Origin: Cyanophora paradoxa CCMP329
Taxonomy: Eukaryota; Plantae; Glaucophyta
Length of the DNA: 64,000 nucleotides
Assembly: GCA_004431415.1 (NCBI GenBank)
Contig: QPMI01000273.1
Location: forward strand, 1 to 64,000
Direction: 5' to 3'
The position numbers were made by a program, and so were the translations under genes. Under the pieces are notes generated by a model, which worked only from the letters and a program-made list of their open reading frames with translations, was not told the DNA's origin and searched no databases. Positions 20,643-31,500 of the stretch are shown piece after piece (position 1 is the stretch's first letter; each line of letters opens with the position of its first letter).

Positions 20643-21999
20643 ATGGATGGCGCGGCTGCCAAGGGGCAGCTCGAGCTGCCCTTCGACCGCTACAGGCGAG
20701 CGCGCCGGCGGCCGGCCGCCTCTCCTCGGCCGGTCGCCCCGCTGACTGCTGCGGCGGCAGGTACTCGAGCGAGCTCTTCGACTGCTGCGGCGACTGCACG
20801 TGCCTCTACGCCTGCGTCTGCCCCCAGGTCCAGCTCGGCCTGACCGGTGCCCCCGCCCGCCCCCGCCCGCCCCCCAGCCCGGCCTGCCCCCCGCCGCCCG
20901 CCCCGCCGCCGCCCCGCCGCCCTCTCACGCGGGCCGCGCGGGGTACGCAGACAGCGTGTTCGACGGGAGCAGCGCGTGCCTCACGGCGGGGGAGGCCTGC
21001 CTCCTCGACGCCTTCTGCTGCATGGGCACCGTCGTGCGCGCCGTACCCCCCTCCCCAACCCTCTCCCCGGGTCCCGTACCCCTCCCTCACGCGGCCGGCG
21101 CCAGTTCATCGGGCTCGACCGGCGGCGCAAGGTGCAGCGCGGGTACGGTATCGAGGTGCGACGTACCCCCCTCCGCTCCCTCCCCCTTCTCGAACGCGTA
21201 CCCCCCGCAGGCGGAGGCGGGCTGCGCGGAGTGCCTCCGGATGCTCTGCTGCCGCGCGTGCGCCATCGCTCAGGACGCCCGCGAGGTCATGTGCGCCGTA
21301 CCCCCCGCCGCCTCCCCCCCTCCTCCCCCCGAGCATCCCTGCAGGCTGCGGGGCCCGGTGGCGAGGCAGCACCTGCACGCGCTGGCGGCGGGGTGGAGCC
21401 CGTCGTACCCCGACGCGCGCTCGGCGGGGGCCTCGCGGGCGTCGTCGGGCGCCTCGACGCCGGCGCTGCCGCCGCTGGCGACCACCTGGGTCCACCTCCC
21501 CGCCTCCCTCCGCCCCGCCCCGCCGGGCCACGTCCCCCTCTTCGCCCTGCCCCGCCCGCCTTCGAGCTCGCCGCCCCCGCCCCGTCCTCCTCCGCCAGCC
21601 CCCGCCCGGGCACGGGCACGGGCAGGGCCCCAGCTTCCTGCCGCCGGCCCCCTCGGCCCCGCCGCCGGCCCTCCGGTCCCTCCTCGAGCAGCTCGCCGCG
21701 GGCCCCGCGGCGGGGCGGCGCGCGGGCCCCTCGCGCGCTCCCTCTCGGCGCCGGCCTCGCCCTCGGGGCCGGGGCCCGGGGCGGGGTGGACCCGGCGCTG
21801 CCCGTGGGCCCGGGCCCCTCGCAGGAGGCCTTCGCCGCCGCCCTCGCCGCCCCGCCCCGCCCCGCCCCGCGCCCCTAGCGCCCCCCGCCCCCTCGCCGCC
21901 CCCGCACTCTGTCAACCACACCGCGACCTCGCCACGAGCGCGCCGGGCGTTGGGAGGGGTGCCGGGGTGCCCGCGGCCTGCTGGGGGGACCATCGCTAG
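20643..21999 (+). CDS. PLAC8-family cysteine-rich protein, multi-exon (outer bounds approximate)
   Basis: Exons YSSELFDCCGDCTCLYACVCPQVQLG, FIGLDRRRKVQRGYGIE and ECLRMLCCRACAIAQDAREV are separated by short G(T/C)...CAG introns. Confidence 0.8.
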
Positions 22000-22138
22000 C
22001 CGCCTCGCCTCGCCTCGCCCGGAGTCGCGCCCCGCGCGCGCGGCTACCTTCGTATCACCGACGGATCCCGATGCCTGTGCACGGATCCGGAGCAGAGCGA
22101 CGACGTCAAGCGCTTGCACGTGTCAACAATATTCATAC

Positions 22139-22199
22139 GTATGGCTGCCACGGCAGCCTTGCTTACAGCAAGCTAAGCACAACATGTCTTGTCATGAAG
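22139..22199 (-). repeat. Split direct repeat B, terminal copy (identical to 25959-26019)
   Basis: gtatggctgcca...gtcatgaag, 61 bp exact match. Confidence 0.95.
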
Positions 22200-22607
22200 T
22201 GAAGGTCTAGATTCGCGCTTGCCAAAGCCGCGAAGCTAAGATCATGACTCGCTCGCTCACAAGAAGGGCAAGCTGCAACTGCGCTCGAGGACATCAGCTA
22301 GCGCACGCTGCAGAGTGAGTCTTGCGGACGTAGAATGATTGAACATTAGTGATCAATTGTTGATCAATTATTCATCAAAAGATATCAATGGTTGGCACTA
22401 ACAATGGCTTAAAGATGACTGAAGGCATAGTAAACAATGGGCATTGCTAACACACATTGAAAGCGGCTAAGCAAAGCCGCTCGAGCGGCTAGGGAACAAG
22501 CCGCTCAGCAAGTTACACAGCTTGCCCTCGCTTGTGAGCGAGGGAGACAAGCGCCGACAGCACAGCAAAGGCGCACAACTGCGAAGCAAGACTCTAAGAC
22601 TAGACAA

Positions 22608-23609
22608 TCAACTACTGCGCCGAGTACGCGCGACTTGCTGCCGACATGACTGCAGCGAAGCTGACGGGCCAGCGTAACGAGCACCAGGCCTAGCCATGAG
22701 CGCAGCCAAGGGCGGGCGCTCAGCAGAATCGATATAGCGTCGGTAGACCGCTGACAACAAAGACCAGCGACCAACCGCTTGAACAAGCTCTTCAGGCACG
22801 CCCGCAGCAGCCAGAGCAGTAGCTCCACCGCGACGCAAGCCATGAGGTGTGATACCAGTGGCGTCCAAGCCCGCCGCGTCAAATGCGAACCGGAGAACAT
22901 AGGCCACGGTCTGAGCTGACAGAGAACGAGCTGCGTCCCGAAGCTGCCCAAAAAGAGGTGCGCCCGGATCCGCGAGCGCTAGAGTCCGCAAGTAGGTTCG
23001 AAACCAGAACACCGGACAGATGACCGACTCTGGGACGGCGCCCAAGACAACTTGCGCGCCTTGGCGACGACGATCGGTCTTGGAACCGGCAATGAAGAGC
23101 ACGACGCGATCCGCGCGGATGGACACATCTTGCCGCCGGAGTGCCACGATTTCGCCACGCCGCAACAGGCCAAAGAAACCGGTAAGCAACATCACAAGGG
23201 CGCGAAGGAGCTTGTTTGAGGGGGAACGAGCGTAGGTACGAGCAATCGCCTCCAGGTGGACGGACGTGACCAATGCAGATTGCTTTGCTGGTTTTCCACA
23301 AAGTCGGGCGATTCCTTGCAATGTTTGCAGCACAAGGGGGTGAGCAAATGCAGTAGTAAGCAACATCCTCTGCCTTGTCTGATGTAGCAGAGCAGAGTGA
23401 CACTGGTCAATTGCTGAGAGACCGTACTCTTCATCAGCAAGAGCCACCAGCAGTGTTGCGACGCCAGAAGCTGTTGGTGGCCAGGCTGGAATGCAGTGAA
23501 CCGCGCAATGGCCTTCATAGAGGACGACCCAGCGGGCGTAGAGGCTTTGGGTTCGCTCGCTCACAGAGTTTGTTCTGTAGAAAGTGACCCGGTTGAGCAG
23601 ATCAGCCAT
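22608..23609 (-). CDS. Tyrosine recombinase
   Basis: LLRRGE (R), SKTD (K), HGLRRGG (HxxR), GRWS (W) and YRRY (Y). Confidence 0.95.
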   Translation of the reverse strand: MADLLNRVTFYRTNSVSERTQSLYARWVVLYEGHCAVHCIPAWPPTASGVATLLVALADEEYGLSAIDQCHSALLHQTRQRMLLTTAFAHPLVLQTLQGIARLCGKPAKQSALVTSVHLEAIARTYARSPSNKLLRALVMLLTGFFGLLRRGEIVALRRQDVSIRADRVVLFIAGSKTDRRRQGAQVVLGAVPESVICPVFWFRTYLRTLALADPGAPLFGQLRDAARSLSAQTVAYVLRFAFDAAGLDATGITPHGLRRGGATALAAAGVPEELVQAVGRWSLLSAVYRRYIDSAERPPLAALMARPGARYAGPSASLQSCRQQVARTRRSS

Positions 23610-23764
23610 ACGAGCACCTGCATCACCAGAGTCAAGGGTATGTCAGACTACATTTCTTCTTCTTCTTTTTAAAGCCCCCACTCAAGCTTTCTATCCCTGT
23701 TGCTGGACAAAGTAAGCTGAGCAGAGATGAGCAGGAGTTGAATTCTGCAGCAAGAGCCTTCAAT

Positions 23765-25729
23765 CTACTCCCACGACACATAAAGAGCAACAAGAATCCA
23801 GGAAGGTAACTGTGCCGAGCGAGGCCCGCGATAGCACACGTCATATGCTGGGCCAAGCACCATTGCAGGTGCACGCAAGGCAAGCTGCAACTGTGGCCAC
23901 CATGGAGCTGAGGGCCACTGAGGGACAATAAAAACTGCCGAGGCCCTACACTGGCGGACATGTGACACAAGGTGCAAGAGAACATTTGGGTCCGGAAAGA
24001 CGTAATTACGAGCACCACGCCAGGTTGCTGTAAAGCAATCATATCCTTCAGCATGTCGATCATTCAAATCAATGGAAAAGTATCGATTTAGGTGAGTGTT
24101 GGCTGATGAGGCCATACGATCAATATCAAAAGGTCCAAATGTCCGACTGACCATGGCAAAATACCCAGGTTTCAAAGAGTAGTCGGCGGGGTAAAAGTAG
24201 CGACTCAAAGCATCGGACCACTCATTGTCAACACCAGGAATGTGTTCTGCTTCAATGCTGATGCAATTGAGCAGAGCAATATCCCAAATTGCTGCTGCAA
24301 CTCGGCAAAGGTATTCATGTCTTCCGCCACCATTGTTGATGTAGGCCACAGTCACTGTGTTGTCCGAGCGAACTAAGATGTTCTGATTGCGCAATAAACC
24401 TTGATAGTGCTGCATAGCGCGAAGCACTGCCATTAACTCGCGCCACGACGAAATTTGCTGAGCTTCTTCTTGGTTCCACAGGCACTGGAATGGGGCAGGC
24501 TCAAGCTCCCAAGCCACAGGTTGAGCATCACCAATTCGGGTAGTGATCCAGGCTCCTGCACCAACATGGCTTGCATCCGTAGTCAACACAAAGAGCCTTT
24601 CAGGCCGAATAGGGCAGCGGCCATTGTATCGGTGGATGTTGGCCAGCCACCACTCAAGTTCCCGACGAGTCTCATTGGTGAGCTCCACTGGATGATTCCA
24701 ATGCCATTCTCTTGCCACGACATTGATGTATCGAAAGAGGGACCTGGTCTTGATGCGAGCTGGAGCCAAGCCCCGTGCCATGGACACAAGGGTGCCGGCG
24801 ACCTTGGCCATTTCACGTGCAGATGCTGATTTCTTTTTCTTCAGAAGCCCTTTGATCAAAGCAAGCAGACGACCAAGCTTGTCTTGGGGTACTTCAAACA
24901 ACATGCGGGCGGAGTCCACTATGAAGCCCAAGAAAGCCACCGACTGTGCTGGGGTGAGCTCAGATTTGCTGTTGACCACAAGCTTGAGGGCAGCAAATGT
25001 TTTGAGGACGAAATCCCGCAATTCACAGGCCTTCTCGTAGGTTGGAGCAGCAAACCACCAGTCGTCAACATAGTTCACCACGAAGATGCCAAAGCGGCGG
25101 AAGTAGTTGACCACTTGTCGCATGATCTTGACGAATGCAAACGGTGAGTGCTTGAGGCCGAAGGGCAAAACTGTGTACACATAGAATTTGCTGTCAAACT
25201 CAAAGCCCATGTTCCGCCAGTCTTGCGGTGAGACTGGCACGTGGTGGTATCCAGATTCAAGGTCAATAGTGAACATGTACCAGCCTTGGCGCAGCATGGC
25301 TGCAACATGCTCAAGAGTCTCATACTTGAAGGGGATGTCCGGAAGGCCTTTATTGGTAGGCCGGCCATCCCAGATGAGCCGCAACTTGGATCCAGTCTTC
25401 TTGGGCACCACGGACAGTGAGCAGACAATGTTCACTTGAGCTTCTTCAACTTCTCTGATCGCTCCCGTGCGCAAAAGCTTCTGAATTTCGGTTCTCACAA
25501 AGTCCTGATGGTCCACAGCCGCAGACTTGTGGTTGGCCCGGCGCTCTGCTGGCAGCCGCCTCGCTCCTGACAAAGGGAAACCACGCAAGATCCAGTTGAG
25601 CACGACATCATTGGCTCCAATCGCTCTCCACTGTTGGACTGCAGCTTGAATGCAGGATGCAACAAAGCCTCCTGCAAAGTGAGGTGAGGCCTTGCATTGG
25701 CAGACATGCCCAATTATCGCGGTGCCCAT
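23765..25729 (-). CDS. Pol: reverse transcriptase - RNase H - N6-adenine-methyltransferase-like domain
   Basis: KLRLIWD, DLESGYHH, LPFGL and YVDD (RT); TDAS, ELMAV, SDN and HIPGVDNEWSDALSR (RNase H); FDIDRMAS, NYVFPDP and VPQWPSAPWW (DIRS-type MT). Confidence 0.95.
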   Translation of the reverse strand: MGTAIIGHVCQCKASPHFAGGFVASCIQAAVQQWRAIGANDVVLNWILRGFPLSGARRLPAERRANHKSAAVDHQDFVRTEIQKLLRTGAIREVEEAQVNIVCSLSVVPKKTGSKLRLIWDGRPTNKGLPDIPFKYETLEHVAAMLRQGWYMFTIDLESGYHHVPVSPQDWRNMGFEFDSKFYVYTVLPFGLKHSPFAFVKIMRQVVNYFRRFGIFVVNYVDDWWFAAPTYEKACELRDFVLKTFAALKLVVNSKSELTPAQSVAFLGFIVDSARMLFEVPQDKLGRLLALIKGLLKKKKSASAREMAKVAGTLVSMARGLAPARIKTRSLFRYINVVAREWHWNHPVELTNETRRELEWWLANIHRYNGRCPIRPERLFVLTTDASHVGAGAWITTRIGDAQPVAWELEPAPFQCLWNQEEAQQISSWRELMAVLRAMQHYQGLLRNQNILVRSDNTVTVAYINNGGGRHEYLCRVAAAIWDIALLNCISIEAEHIPGVDNEWSDALSRYFYPADYSLKPGYFAMVSRTFGPFDIDRMASSANTHLNRYFSIDLNDRHAEGYDCFTATWRGARNYVFPDPNVLLHLVSHVRQCRASAVFIVPQWPSAPWWPQLQLALRAPAMVLGPAYDVCYRGPRSAQLPSWILVALYVSWE

Positions 25730-25797
25730 CTAGCACTGCTACAGCTGATGGTCCATGCAGCCGCTGGCTTGAAGATGGTGACACGCGAACGGGAAGA

Positions 25798-26019
25798 AGC
25801 TTAGAGGCCTTGGCTGCGAAGCAAGACTGAGGCTTGTACCCCAGGGGCGCACTTATAACTTGTAAGTGCGCCCCTTGTACATATGTGCGTAAGCAAGGCT
25901 GCCTTTATTTGGCAGCCATACACTGCCCTATGCTACGCTGACGCTCACATAGGTTCGAGTATGGCTGCCACGGCAGCCTTGCTTACAGCAAGCTAAGCAC
26001 AACATGTCTTGTCATGAAG
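25798..26019 (-). repeat. Internal B-A junction (A 25798-25958, B 25959-26019)
   Basis: Exact copies of the two element ends, abutting at ggttcga|gtatgg. Confidence 0.95.
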
Positions 26020-26657
26020 AATATAAGAGTGAGCGTGTCAATGTGCTTGTTGGTTCAAGTCTTGAGCTCACATGCACACACAGTGCCACAATGCACCCAC
26101 AGTGCCACAACACATTTGCACAGGCATGGACTTTCTGGATGAATGCGCCAACCTGCGATATCAGCGGGAACAGTTGGCATCATGGAATCTTCGTACCCTT
26201 GTGTACTCCTCACCTGCAAAATGCACTAGGTTAATTTCAGAGCGCCCAGTATGCGATAGCGACACACGGGAAGGCCGGAGGGGGCCAGGAGCTCGACAGC
26301 CAGCAGCACTCCTGACCTGTGCTGGAAACAGGTCAGTTGCCGGGAGTCAGCTGGGGCTCTGCCAGGTTGGAGTCATCCAGACGGCAATATATGCCACTAG
26401 CATTGAAAAGAAAAGTAGACTACAATCACAGTCACACTTCACAGTGTTAACACATGCAAATGCACACAGGACCAATGCATAAAGCCACAGCACGCCGGCG
26501 CCACCACGGCTGGTAATGACTATGCCGCACCCGGCCACAATGCCGCACCCGGCCACATGTACACCATCACATGAAATGGAAGCATAATACATGTATTGCA
26601 TGTTTAGGGAAGCATACACGCACACTCTAGATCTTCTGAAGACTGCACTTGCATATG

Positions 26658-27839
26658 CTAGCAATACTTATGCTTGCAAGAACACACCGAAACACTAGTA
26701 TCTAGCGAAATGCGAAACGAAAACTGCGCGTCCACACAAGGGCGCGCACGTCTACTTGGGGGGTCGCGCCAGCCGGGGCGCGGCTCGTTCGGGCAATCCT
26801 TCACGACATGCCCGGGCTTGTTGCAGCGGAAACACATCCCGCTGTTGCGCTGCGACGGCGGGCGATCGCGGCCCTGGTGCTGGGGCCGCGGGTTGGCGTG
26901 CTGCACATACGGGCGCCCGCCGGCGGCCTCCGGGCCAGCAATGTTGAGCGCGTGCGCCAGCGCCGCAGCCGTGCCCCGATACTCCTCTGGCACACCTGCC
27001 AGCCGCTCGGCAAGCTTGTCGCCGCCCTTGTCGCGAATGTCGATCCGCTTCCGGAGCTCGTCGAGGATTTTGAGGCTCTGCTTTACGTGATCGTAGCACG
27101 CAGTGCACGAAGAGCATCTCTTGAGCTGAAACTTAAGCTGCGATAGCTGCAGGGCAAGCTCACGAAGCCACGGGTTTTTGAGCTGCATAGCCTCATGGTT
27201 GTCTTTCTGCTGCTCGCCGAGCTGCTGCTGCTGCTGCTCTTGAAGCTTGATGACCGCGCTATCTATCCCACGCTGAAGTAGCTCAGCCCACGCTGGCGGA
27301 AGCGCACCCGCTGCCGGTTTGGTCGACGTTGGGGCAGTCGAGTTGCCAGCGGGTACAGCATAAGGGCCTTGAAGGTGACGGGTGAAGCCGGTTGACGGGC
27401 CAGCCGCGCCCGGATCCACTTGCGCCAAGTTCGGAAAGTTGCGCGCAGCCACTTGCTCTTCCTCGTCGTAGGCGCCACCGAACTGCTCACGCTGTGCCAG
27501 TCTAACGGCAACGTCGTCCTCAGGTTCATCTTCTGGGTCGGACTGCTGCTGGTCCGGATCCGGCGACACGGCTTTCTCCTTGCCTTTGCGAGATCGCGTC
27601 GGCGGAGGTGCAGGCTGCTCCTCCTCCGCACTGTCGTTGGCCGGAGCTTGAAGACGAGATGACGACCTCCGGGCCTGGGGCGCGGGGGTCGTCGCCGTCT
27701 TGGGTTTGGCCGACTTGCGCGCACCAGTGGCCGTTGACTTGCGTTTCTGCGCCGCCTCGGCACAGGCGACGAGCAGAATGATGGTCAAGACGACTACGAA
27801 CAGAGGGGCCCACGATGGGCTCCTCCGCGAGCGAGCCAT
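26658..27839 (-). CDS. Gag-like protein with CCHC zinc knuckle and N-terminal hydrophobic segment
   Basis: CFRCNKPGHVVKDC; Q-rich coiled-coil-like region; ATG 6 nt downstream of repeat A. Confidence 0.85.
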   Translation of the reverse strand: MARSRRSPSWAPLFVVVLTIILLVACAEAAQKRKSTATGARKSAKPKTATTPAPQARRSSSRLQAPANDSAEEEQPAPPPTRSRKGKEKAVSPDPDQQQSDPEDEPEDDVAVRLAQREQFGGAYDEEEQVAARNFPNLAQVDPGAAGPSTGFTRHLQGPYAVPAGNSTAPTSTKPAAGALPPAWAELLQRGIDSAVIKLQEQQQQQLGEQQKDNHEAMQLKNPWLRELALQLSQLKFQLKRCSSCTACYDHVKQSLKILDELRKRIDIRDKGGDKLAERLAGVPEEYRGTAAALAHALNIAGPEAAGGRPYVQHANPRPQHQGRDRPPSQRNSGMCFRCNKPGHVVKDCPNEPRPGWRDPPSRRARPCVDAQFSFRISLDTSVSVCSCKHKYC

Positions 27840-27845
27840 GACCTC

Positions 27846-28006
27846 AGCTTAGAGGCCTTGGCTGCGAAGCAAGACTGAGGCTTGTACCCCAGGGGCGCAC
27901 TTATAACTTGTAAGTGCGCCCCTTGTACATATGTGCGTAAGCAAGGCTGCCTTTATTTGGCAGCCATACACTGCCCTATGCTACGCTGACGCTCACATAG
28001 GTTCGA
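27846..28006 (-). repeat. Split direct repeat A, terminal copy (identical to 25798-25958)
   Basis: agcttagaggcc...ataggttcga, 161 bp exact match; contains the stem aggggcgcactta/taagtgcgcccct. Confidence 0.95.
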
Positions 28007-28584
28007 ATAAAATGGCGGTTCGCTTAATCACCTGTTTTTCTATATATCGTGTCTAGATCTGAAGCTTCGAACTCGATCGAGCAGCAATTTGCAAGGCCTA
28101 GGCCCTAGGGACGGACGAAATGGGTACGAAATGGGAGGATATCGATCGGGAGTTTGAGAATCGGAGGATCAGGAGACAGCGGATCCGGGGTCGCATCCGG
28201 GGGGCAGTGGCCGAGTCGGTTAGCCTAGTAGAGCACGGGAGACTCCGGGGAGAGCCTCGAAGAGGCCCGCGCCGCGGCCCGCGCGGCTTATCAACCCCAA
28301 AGCATTTTTTTCGAGCTCACATGCGGCGACCATTCACGCATTTTCCGATTCATACGACGGCGGGTACGTGCTAGCTTGCGCATGCCGATCCGATCCGCTC
28401 AAACGCTAGCTACCGGATCATGAGATCTAGCTAGAGATCTTTTGCACGTGTCTAGATCTGCAGGTGACTGCAGCTGCAGCCGGCCTGGCAGCTACAGGCT
28501 ACTTCTGAAGCCGCAATCGGGATCGGGATCGGCGAGTCGGGAGACTCGGGACTCGGGACTCGCTGCCGATCGCAGCAGATCGAG

Positions 28585-31500
28585 ATGGGAGCTCGAGGAC
28601 ATGGGATGCGTGCGCTCCTGGGTGTGCTCGCCGCGTACTCCGTGCTGCTGGCCATGGTCGTTGTCACACACGCATCGCCCGACAAGCTTAAGCACGGTGC
28701 GAGCCGCGCGCAACTGCCGTTACCGTACTGCAGCTGCGTTCGCTATCGCTCATGATCTTGCGCAGAGAAGCAGCACAGCGCGATCAGCGCACCGGAGCAG
28801 AGAAGCAGCTACGAACATGAGCGAACGTCAATTGCAACGGGTTCGAACTCGGCCGCGCGCGGGCCGGGGCACCCGGGACCCGGGATCTGCGCGCGCTATC
28901 TCATGCGGCCGTGGCGTCGCGCGGGCGCGGGGGACAGAGCCGGCGGCCGCACGGACCGGCGCGCACTCGTTCGAGGAGGTGATGCGCCAGCTGGAGGAGC
29001 TGCGCGGGCACGTGGAGCACCTCACGCGATCCGGCCACACACACGGGTCGACGTCGGCTCACGTTCACGATCAGAGGAGACCCGCCGGTCACGACGCCGG
29101 CCCTGCGCCGCCCCGTGCGCCCCAATTTGCAAGCTTGCGCGCGCGATGTGTCCCACCCGCCGCAATGTGTCCGGTCCGGATCCCATGACCCCCATTCTCT
29201 TCGCCTGCAGAGGACGCGTCGGCGTCGCAGCGGCAGCAGGAGCGCGAGGAGCTCGAGGCGGCGCGCGGGCGGGCGCGGCGGGAGGAGCTGGGGCGGCTGC
29301 GGGCGGCGCAGGAGGGCCACTACATCGTGGGCCTCAAGGACGGGGCGACGGAGGAGCACGTGGAGGCCGTGCGCGGGCACGCGCGGGCGGCCGCCCGCCG
29401 GCACCACGGCGCCGCCCACGAGGAGCACGTCCGCTTCCGCCACTCCTTCTCGCGCGCCCTTCGCGGCTTCTCCGCGCGGTGCGCGCGCGCGTGCCTCCAG
29501 CGCCCCCCGACCGCGAGGACTTGCAGATTGGTCTGAGCGCCCCCGGCCGGCAGGCTGTCGCCGGCGGTGAAGGCGGAGCTGGAGGCGCACGAGCGCGTCA
29601 AGTTCGTCGCCCCCGACGGCGTGCGCCGCCACTGCGCATGCGCCCCGGGCCCCCGCCACGGCCCCGGCCGACGGCGGAGGCGCGCGGGGGCAGGTGGTGG
29701 TCCCCGCGCAGTACGCAATCTCGCCGGAGACGCCGGCCCCCGACTTCACCTCCTACGTCACCCCGCGGGACGCCTGCTGGACTCAACAATACTTCATCTA
29801 CAGCGACACCTTCCGCTCCCCCCTGGCCTGCCCCGTCATGCCCTGGGCCCTCTCCATCCCCTCCGACCCCGCGGACATGTCGAGCCCCAACCTCGCCTGG
29901 CACCTCGACCGGTGATCACGACGAGCCTGCAGCGCCAGCGCCAGTCGAGAAGGAATCTCGGGCTGACGGCTGGCTTCGAATCCGGCGCAGGCTCGACCAG
30001 CCAACGGGCGGGATGACGCTGGACGGGCGCTTCGACCGCGGCACGGCCGGCGGCGAGGGCGCCGATGTCTACGTCATCGACACGGGCATGCGGGGCGACC
30101 ACCCGCAGCTCGCCGGCCGCGTGGTCTGCACGTTTCCCTTCGCGCCTCTGAAACGCGTATCCTCGCGATCATTGACGACCACGTACCCCTTCTAGGTACC
30201 CCTGTTCGACGTCGACGCGAACAGCGGCGCCGGCGGGGCGTCGGACTGCTCTGAGAACTTCCACGGCACCGCCGTTGCTTCCGTGCGCGTGTTTAAATTT
30301 TCTGCTGTTTAGAGATCTAGACATTTAGTGGCTCGAGCTGAAGTCCCTGACTGGAGCTCGCAGGTGGCCGCCGGGTGGAGCGTGGGTGCGGCCCCCAAAG
30401 CGAGCGTCTTCTCCGTCAAGGTCTTCGAGAGGGCCCCGAGCTCGAGCTCCGGCGCCTGCTTCGCGGCGACGACGGACAGCCTCGTCATCGCCGGCATCGA
30501 CGCCGCCATCGCCAGCATGCGGGAGCGCAACGCCACGCGCGCCGTCCTCCTCGTCGCCCTCTCCTCCGCCCCCGCCTCCCCGGGCACCCCTCTGAAGGTA
30601 CAGCCCCGCCCGAGCAGTTGCTCGTCCCCCTCGCGCTCGCGCGCGCTCACCGGGCCGGGGCGCCCCAGGTCAACCCCGCGTACACGGACGCCTTCGCCCG
30701 CGTTCGCGCCGCGGGCGCACTCCCCGTCACCGTGCGGCTCTGCTGCGGCCCCAGATCTGATCTGCCGTGACTGGGTCGCTGACTGGGACCGGGCCCGCAG
30801 GCGGCGGGGAACCAGTACGGGGACGCATGCGACGCGATCCCGGGCAACTCGCCCGGCGCGATCAACGTCGGAGCCAGCGACCAGGACGACTACCGTGCCG
30901 GCTTCTCCAACTGGGGCAGGTCCGCACAGCGCTTGTGGTTGATCATGAGTTCTTCTCTTCTAAGATGTGTATCGCAGTTGTGTGGACCTGTTTGCGCCGG
31001 GCCAGAACATTCGGGCGGCGGCCATGATGCCCTCCACCATCCCAAGCACCAGTGTCAACAGATATGACGGGGAGCACTACTACTGGAACACCGGGAGCGA
31101 GTACCAGACGTCTTCGTACTCGCTCGCGATCGTGCACGGGACCTCGTACGCGGCGGCCCTCGTCGCCGGCGCGGCGGCCCTCTACCGCGGCGCCAACCCC
31201 TCCGCCGACGCCGCCGTCCGTTCGAAAGCATTATTTGATTCTTATCGAATTCTTATCGTCCTGCCGCGTGACCCCGAGCGCCTCAGGCCGTGGAAGCGGC
31301 GATCTTGGGAGCTTCTCTCCCCGCGCTCGATCCGGCCGGTCTGAAAGGGGCTCCCAACCGGCTTCTCAACACGCGGGCCTTTGGGCTGAACACCACTGGT
31401 GCGCGCGCATGCACGGCAGCTTCTAGATCTGCGCCCGCGCAGTGCGGCCGGCGCGCTGACGGCGTGCCCGTGCCGTCATGCGCAGCTGCGGCCGCAGGGG

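Larger units (their letters stand above)
22139..28006 (-). mobile_element. Tyrosine-recombinase (DIRS-order, PAT-like) retrotransposon with split direct repeats, apparently full length (5868 bp)
   Basis: Gag, RT/RNaseH/MT and YR ORFs are all open; identical repeats A (161 bp) and B (61 bp) are arranged A-gag-B-A-pol-YR-B on the minus strand; no TSD seen. Confidence 0.95.

Noticed and set aside
23765-24150. Stand-alone restriction-modification methyltransferase
   Set aside because: It is the C-terminal domain of the DIRS Pol ORF, a known feature of these elements.
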